Virus record (IMG/VR): IMGVR_UViG_3300045988_169084
Strand: one strand, 5' to 3'
Length of the DNA: 37,968 nucleotides
From: a virus
Within the stretch, counting starts at the first letter, position 1; every line of letters begins with the position of its first letter. The notes under the pieces were generated by a model that saw only the letters and a list, made by a program, of their open reading frames with translations, did not search any database and was not told the DNA's origin. Below, piece by piece: positions 33,771 to 37,968 of the stretch. A program made the translations under genes and the position numbers.

Positions 33771-34388
33771 GTCCATTGATTCTGCAATGGATTTTATTAG
33801 GAGTGATGTTTCGGGGAATGTGGTTGAAATTGCTATGGTTCTTTGCCCGTTGTCATTTCTTTCTGATAATAGATGTGAAAGATTTGAAATGTTGATATCG
33901 TGCAAATTAACGTTTTGTAGGTTATCAATTACAAGGGCTTTTGCTTTGAATGCTCTTCTCAGAATTGGTGATTTATTCCGGCTGTGAAAGTCAGTTGCTT
34001 CTTTCAACAGGTCAAAGGCTTTAATATAGAAAATGGAATCCCCTTTCTTGTATCTTTGTGCAAGCCATGCGCATGCTGATAGAGTCTTGGGCTTGTTAGG
34101 CCCGCAAATGAGAATGGACTCTTCTTTCATCTCTTTCCTAATGCGTGAATAGAGATCGGGCATGGTTTTGACGGTCATTTCTTTGAGCAGGTTAAAATGC
34201 TTGAGAGGAATCTTGGCAAGCTGGAGATCAGCTAAAAAGATTTCTCGTTCCTTCTCCTGCTGGAATTTCCTTTCTTGCTCGATGTATTCCGGGCTAAGGT
34301 GATCTACAACGGGAATTCCTAGGGGTATGTTATTAAAATCAAACCCTAGTTCTTCGAGGATGTCGGAAGCTTTCTTTGGTTCGGACAT
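33753..34388 (-). CDS. DnaC/IstB-like AAA+ helicase-loader homologue with a degenerate Walker A (GPNKPKT)
   Basis: 'ILICGPNKPKTLSACAWLAQ' (P-loop position), 'ALVIDNL' (Walker B-like), 'IAISTTF' (sensor-like), and C-terminal 'DRLI' as in DnaC 'DRLxH'. Confidence 0.45.
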   Translation of the reverse strand: MSEPKKASDILEELGFDFNNIPLGIPVVDHLSPEYIEQERKFQQEKEREIFLADLQLAKIPLKHFNLLKEMTVKTMPDLYSRIRKEMKEESILICGPNKPKTLSACAWLAQRYKKGDSIFYIKAFDLLKEATDFHSRNKSPILRRAFKAKALVIDNLQNVNLHDINISNLSHLLSERNDNGQRTIAISTTFPETSLLIKSIAESMDRLITA

Positions 34389-34392
34389 GGGA

Positions 34393-34794
34393 TTATAATG
34401 TTACCTTTTCATTATCAATATAATAAGCGGTCTCATGCCCGTTATTTTCACATAATATAGTCTTTCCTTCTTTCGAGGCGAGGGCGAACATCTGGTAGAA
34501 GTAGGCATTTAGAATTGATTCTGACGGAGATTTATCTTCTCCGAACAAGAAGGGGGCGACCTTGCGAAGTTCATTCATCTTGCTTACTGAGAGGATGCCA
34601 GCACGATATTTAGCCTTGTGCATCACACTTTTAGTCGGGATGATACCTACCAAGTGCAGAAAGATTTCAATTTTTTCTGGTTCTTCCCGCGCGATCAGCT
34701 GGAACTTCTCAATCTCTTCATCTGTATATAGTTTTGTAACTTTCTTCTGTGGCATGGGCGCACTATAGCATAGAGGCCATGTGAAAAAAAACAA
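34393..34794 (-). CDS. hypothetical protein (133 aa), first gene of the minus-strand loader operon
   Basis: ORF upstream of the DnaC-like gene, transcribed divergently from the 34795-34848 promoter region. Confidence 0.45.
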   Translation of the reverse strand: MFFFTWPLCYSAPMPQKKVTKLYTDEEIEKFQLIAREEPEKIEIFLHLVGIIPTKSVMHKAKYRAGILSVSKMNELRKVAPFLFGEDKSPSESILNAYFYQMFALASKEGKTILCENNGHETAYYIDNEKVTL

Positions 34795-34801
34795 AAATCT
34801 A

Positions 34802-34829
34802 TTGACTATGGCATGAAAAATGGCATAAT
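34802..34829 (+). promoter_or_regulatory. sigma70-like promoter TTGACT - 16 nt - CATAAT, with an ATGGCAT direct repeat in the spacer; divergent promoter region
   Basis: Read directly in the 54-bp gap between divergent genes. Confidence 0.45.
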
Positions 34830-34848
34830 AATCGCATCACTTAGGTGA

Positions 34849-35802
34849 ATGAACCAACACAAATTTGATATGACTACAGACAAAAAAGACGATGATGCCT
34901 TGTCACTGGCCGCCGTGGTGAATCCCGGGTCAGCTCTGGCTATTGCAATGTCAGACAAGGACGCAATGCAGACATTGAGTTCGATCTTCATTGCGAAACA
35001 AATGCCGCGAAACATAGTAGAAGTTGAAACTAAGATTAGGACAATGTGTTCCTATGAAAGTTTGGCTGAAAAGGCGTTCTTCTCCTATGATCGCGGACCG
35101 TCCAAAATCACTGGAGAAACAATTCATCTTGCAAATGCCTGCATGGCGGCTTATGGAAACATCGAGGCGGGATGGAGAAAGACAGGGGAAACTGTTAACG
35201 ATAAAGGAATTACATGCTCTTGCTGTGAAGCTTATTGTTTTGATAAAGAAAACAATATAATTAGAAAGGCTTCTTTTATCGTCCCACATTGGAGAGAAAC
35301 CAAAAATAATAAAGAAGGCGGTTATGCTCTTAAATCGGACCGGGATATTTATGAGCTTTGTGCGAACATGGCCTCGCGGAGAATGAGGGCGTGCATCTTT
35401 GGGGTAATACCTGAGTTTGTGAAGGAGCTGGCGGCTGAGCAATGCAAGAAGACTTTGGAGAAAGACCATAATAGCATGGAAGAACGCATGGCCTCTCTTA
35501 AAGAGAAGTTCGAGCAAATGGGCGTGACAATCGAGATGCTGGAAAAGAAGGTAGGAGTTGCTTCTGACAAATGGACTAAGACTAATGTAATCTTCTTGAG
35601 GAATTTATTCAATGCCCTGAGAACGGGTGTTTGTTCTGTGGATGACCAATTCGGGGAGAAGAAAGAAGAACAGAAGGATAATAAAAAATCTTCCGAACCT
35701 GTTTTCAAGAAGAAGGAAGAAGAATCATCAATCATCGATACTGATGTAGTAGAAAATCCTAATGATCTATTCAACGAGAAAGAGGGGACTCCCTTTGACT
35801 AA
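34849..35802 (+). CDS. hypothetical protein (317 aa) with an acidic C-terminal tail ending ...EGTPFD; candidate single-strand annealing / SSB-interacting protein
   Basis: ORF. The tail resembles the acidic C-terminal tip of SSB-type proteins. Calling it an annealing protein is inference from context (nuclease, RuvC and Dam in the same arm). Confidence 0.4.
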   Translation: MNQHKFDMTTDKKDDDALSLAAVVNPGSALAIAMSDKDAMQTLSSIFIAKQMPRNIVEVETKIRTMCSYESLAEKAFFSYDRGPSKITGETIHLANACMAAYGNIEAGWRKTGETVNDKGITCSCCEAYCFDKENNIIRKASFIVPHWRETKNNKEGGYALKSDRDIYELCANMASRRMRACIFGVIPEFVKELAAEQCKKTLEKDHNSMEERMASLKEKFEQMGVTIEMLEKKVGVASDKWTKTNVIFLRNLFNALRTGVCSVDDQFGEKKEEQKDNKKSSEPVFKKKEEESSIIDTDVVENPNDLFNEKEGTPFD

Positions 35803-35825
35803 AAATAGACAGGAGATAAAAAACA

Positions 35826-36002
35826 ATGAATGGATTATTAATAACCTCTGGGATTCTATTAGTTATATTAAAATGGTTTGGTGTAATTGATTGGCAATGG
35901 AATCATGTCTTAATCCCTTTCATAGTATTGGTTTTTAAAGTCACACTAACATTACTCTTAATTGCTATTGTAGTAATCATCCAAGAAATAAGAAATAGAT
36001 AG
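35826..36002 (+). CDS. small two-TM membrane peptide (58 aa)
   Basis: AGGAG 10 nt upstream. My own translation gives MNGLLITSGILLVILKWFGVIDWQWNHVLIPFIVLVFKVTLTLLLIAIVVIIQEIRNR. Confidence 0.4.
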   Translation: MNGLLITSGILLVILKWFGVIDWQWNHVLIPFIVLVFKVTLTLLLIAIVVIIQEIRNR

Positions 36003-36012
36003 GATAGATACA

Positions 36013-36441
36013 ATGAAATACGACCCTGACAGAAGATATAAAAGAGGAGACCTAGTTAGAATCACAGGATACCGAGGGCGACTATTCGGTTGTGGAAATA
36101 AGCGGGAAATAAATGATAAGTATAAATTAGGAGTAGAAGTAGTTCTCGAAGAAGGTGAAGATTACAGTGGAGATGTTGTTATTCCTGAAGGTATTCTCAA
36201 AGGAAATAAAATTTTGTTGTCTTGTGCTTGTATAGAACTTGTCGAACCAGTTGAAGAAATAAGAAAAAAATATACTTATAATGTCTTTGATGAAGGAATA
36301 TGTTTTCAAATACGGGAAAATAAGTCCGTTGTTTATGAAATATATTGGAAAACAGGTGTTTATCCAGGATCGCCTTACAGTAAGGAAGAAGCACTAAATA
36401 AGGCGAATGAGATTTGCGATGAACTAAACAATAAGAGATAA
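36013..36441 (+). CDS. hypothetical protein (142 aa)
   Basis: ORF with normal composition in an AT-rich accessory region. Confidence 0.5.
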   Translation: MKYDPDRRYKRGDLVRITGYRGRLFGCGNKREINDKYKLGVEVVLEEGEDYSGDVVIPEGILKGNKILLSCACIELVEPVEEIRKKYTYNVFDEGICFQIRENKSVVYEIYWKTGVYPGSPYSKEEALNKANEICDELNNKR

Positions 36442-36442
36442 A

Positions 36443-36844
36443 ATGAACTATAAGAAGATGAAAAATATTGAATGCCCGTTGTGCGGAGGAGTGCCCCAGT
36501 TTGCTACAAAACAAATAGATGAAATAGAAGTGTGCCAAATACTGTGCGAATGCGGATTGGGGACAGAAGTCAATGAGTACTGGCTGAATCCCAAGGATGA
36601 CCCCGAAGAAGATGAACTTCGCGCATGGAAGGACTGGGAAAAGCTTGTCTCCAAGTTCCCACCTATCATGCGGGTGCAGGAAGGAGACTTGATTGCTGTC
36701 CATACTGGGAATGCAATCAAGATTCAAAAAATTAAAGCTATTAATAAAGAAAACTTCCTTCTTCAAACGAGTATCGGAATTGTATATATTGATGCTGTGT
36801 TGAAATGGCCGTGGGAACTTGAGCAGAAAGGAGAACAACAGTGA
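36443..36844 (+). CDS. zinc-ribbon protein (133 aa; CPLCGG ... CQILCECG)
   Basis: Two Cys pairs at the N-terminus. Start abuts the previous stop. Confidence 0.5.
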   Translation: MNYKKMKNIECPLCGGVPQFATKQIDEIEVCQILCECGLGTEVNEYWLNPKDDPEEDELRAWKDWEKLVSKFPPIMRVQEGDLIAVHTGNAIKIQKIKAINKENFLLQTSIGIVYIDAVLKWPWELEQKGEQQ

Positions 36845-36981
36845 TGTATAATATTCTTCAACTTGTAATCCTCTTGGCCAACGTTTGTTGCATTGGCTAC
36901 TTTCTGTATCAGGCAGGGAAATTAAAAGGATTGAGTATGGCGACTTCTGCCGCTCTAAATCACAAGATGGATAAAAAATAA
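36844..36981 (+). CDS. possible small hydrophobic peptide (45 aa), TGATG-coupled
   Basis: My own translation gives MYNILQLVILLANVCCIGYFLYQAGKLKGLSMATSAALNHKMDKK. Weak evidence. Confidence 0.25.
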   Translation: MYNILQLVILLANVCCIGYFLYQAGKLKGLSMATSAALNHKMDKK

Positions 36982-37117
36982 CGGAATTATGTAGAATAAT
37001 CTTGTTGGAATATTGCATTGCTGCTAACGCTGATATTCGGTAATAAATTGGCGGGAGAGGCAGCCAAAACGACTGATACAAGACTAAAGTAAATAGTTCC
37101 GATAGACTTTATATAAA

Positions 37118-37957
37118 ATGGCTAAGAATAAACTTGTAGTTCCTTTTTTGAAATGGGTTGGAGGAAAAAGACAACTTATTCCAGAAATTAGAAAGATGTT
37201 ACCCAAAGGGGTAGCGAATCGTCCCTACTATGAGCCATTCATCGGAGGCGGAGCTTTATTTTTTGAACTCCAGCCAAAACAAGCAGTTATAAATGATTAT
37301 AACGAAGAGTTGATCAATGTTTATACGGTTATAAGGGACAACCACAATGAACTTATTGAGGATTTAAAGAAACATAAAAATACGTCAGAGTATTTTTATG
37401 AAATTCGCTCTATGGATAGGCAACCTCTTTTTAAAAATCTTACCACTATCGAGCGAGCATCACGAATTATATATCTCAATAAAACTTGCTATAATGGATT
37501 ATATCGGGTTAATAATGCCGGGGAATTTAATTCTCCATTTGGAAAATATAAAAATCCAAATATTGTCAATGAGCCTGTGATTAAGGAGGTAAGTAAATAT
37601 TTAAATTCTGGTCGGATTCAAATATCAAATGGTGATTATGAGGTAATTTTGAGAGATATACCAACAAACTCATTTGTGTATTTAGATCCTCCGTATCATC
37701 CTATTTCAGAGAGTTCTAATTTTACAGGATACGTGCAGGGTGGATGGAGTGAGAGGGATCAGCTTAGGCTAAGAGATGTTTGTAATAGATTAAATAGCAA
37801 TGGCATAAAATTTCTCCTATCAAATTCTGCATCTAATTTCATAAAAGAAATTTATGCGGAATACAATATTCATGTAGTACAGGCAAGTCGTGCTATAAAT
37901 TCAGATTCTTCTAAAAGAGGGCAAGTTGATGAATTTTTAATTAGCAATTATGAGTAA
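37118..37957 (+). CDS. dam: DNA adenine methyltransferase (Dam-like, N6-adenine MTase, DPPY motif)
   Basis: N-terminal 'FLKWVGGKRQLIPEI' (AdoMet-binding motif I region) and 'FVYLDPPYHP' (motif IV, DPPY). About 33% GC, orphan (no adjacent restriction enzyme). Confidence 0.85.
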   Translation: MAKNKLVVPFLKWVGGKRQLIPEIRKMLPKGVANRPYYEPFIGGGALFFELQPKQAVINDYNEELINVYTVIRDNHNELIEDLKKHKNTSEYFYEIRSMDRQPLFKNLTTIERASRIIYLNKTCYNGLYRVNNAGEFNSPFGKYKNPNIVNEPVIKEVSKYLNSGRIQISNGDYEVILRDIPTNSFVYLDPPYHPISESSNFTGYVQGGWSERDQLRLRDVCNRLNSNGIKFLLSNSASNFIKEIYAEYNIHVVQASRAINSDSSKRGQVDEFLISNYE

Positions 37958-37968
37958 ATCCAAAAATG
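37850..37968. repeat. 119-bp copy of window positions 1..119 (wrap-around)
   Basis: Exact identity read directly. Confidence 0.9.

Noticed and set aside
36197-37081. 294-aa minus-strand ORF overlapping 36013..36441 and 36443..36844
   Set aside because: It is Phe/Leu/Ile/Tyr-rich, typical of the antisense of AT-rich coding DNA. The plus-strand genes have normal composition and tight coupling to their neighbours.
1-37968. tRNA, rRNA, integrase, reverse transcriptase/DGR, single-subunit RNA polymerase
   Set aside because: No tRNA-like T-arm or anticodon structures were seen in the intergenic regions I scanned. There is no YxDD reverse-transcriptase motif and no Tyr or large-Ser integrase-sized ORF. 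No ~880-aa RNAP ORF is present, so the T7 resemblance is limited to the structural module.

Overview
This window appears to be one complete ~37.85-kb circular or circularly permuted genome of a tailed, podovirus-like phage. The first 119 bp are identical to the last 119 bp, which reads as an assembly wrap-around rather than a biological terminal repeat.

The genome has two divergent arms that start at a GC-rich, palindrome-rich control region (~28.09-28.43 kb) and converge near 3.4 kb.

- Leftward (minus-strand) arm: a packaging, virion and lysis operon in T7-like order. It runs from two small proteins upstream of the terminase, through the large terminase subunit, portal, scaffold, major capsid and a tail tubular A/B-like pair, then three internal virion proteins including a 2029-aa giant, a tail fiber, lysis membrane proteins and an Amidase_3 endolysin.
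- Rightward (plus-strand) arm: a conserved intergenic TTAACAATCAAC motif and CA-rich leaders, a small serine recombinase, a divergent DnaC/IstB-like loader operon, a possible annealing protein, several small membrane peptides, and an orphan Dam (DPPY) methyltransferase. After the wrap point come a Cas4-like PD-(D/E)xK Fe-S nuclease, an AT-hook protein and a RuvC-like resolvase.
- No RNA polymerase, integrase, reverse transcriptase, tRNA or CRISPR array was seen.

The most unusual signal is compositional. Three blocks (minus-sense ~24.7-28.08 kb, plus-sense ~30.83-31.95 kb, and the 2285-2647 gene) have a sense strand almost devoid of cytosine. The encoded proteins lose Pro, Thr, Ala, His and Gln, and the skew changes sign across the 28.1-30.8 kb interval.

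Other points worth following up:
- a C7/G7 homopolymer that puts the tail-fiber gene out of frame with its only ATG start;
- a 680-bp purine-rich non-coding block with iteron-like repeats;
- a perfect 30-bp in-frame tandem duplication;
- a ~35-bp palindromic bidirectional terminator that gives two convergent genes the same C-terminal pentapeptide.

Functional calls rest on motif recognition and gene order only. No database searches were possible.
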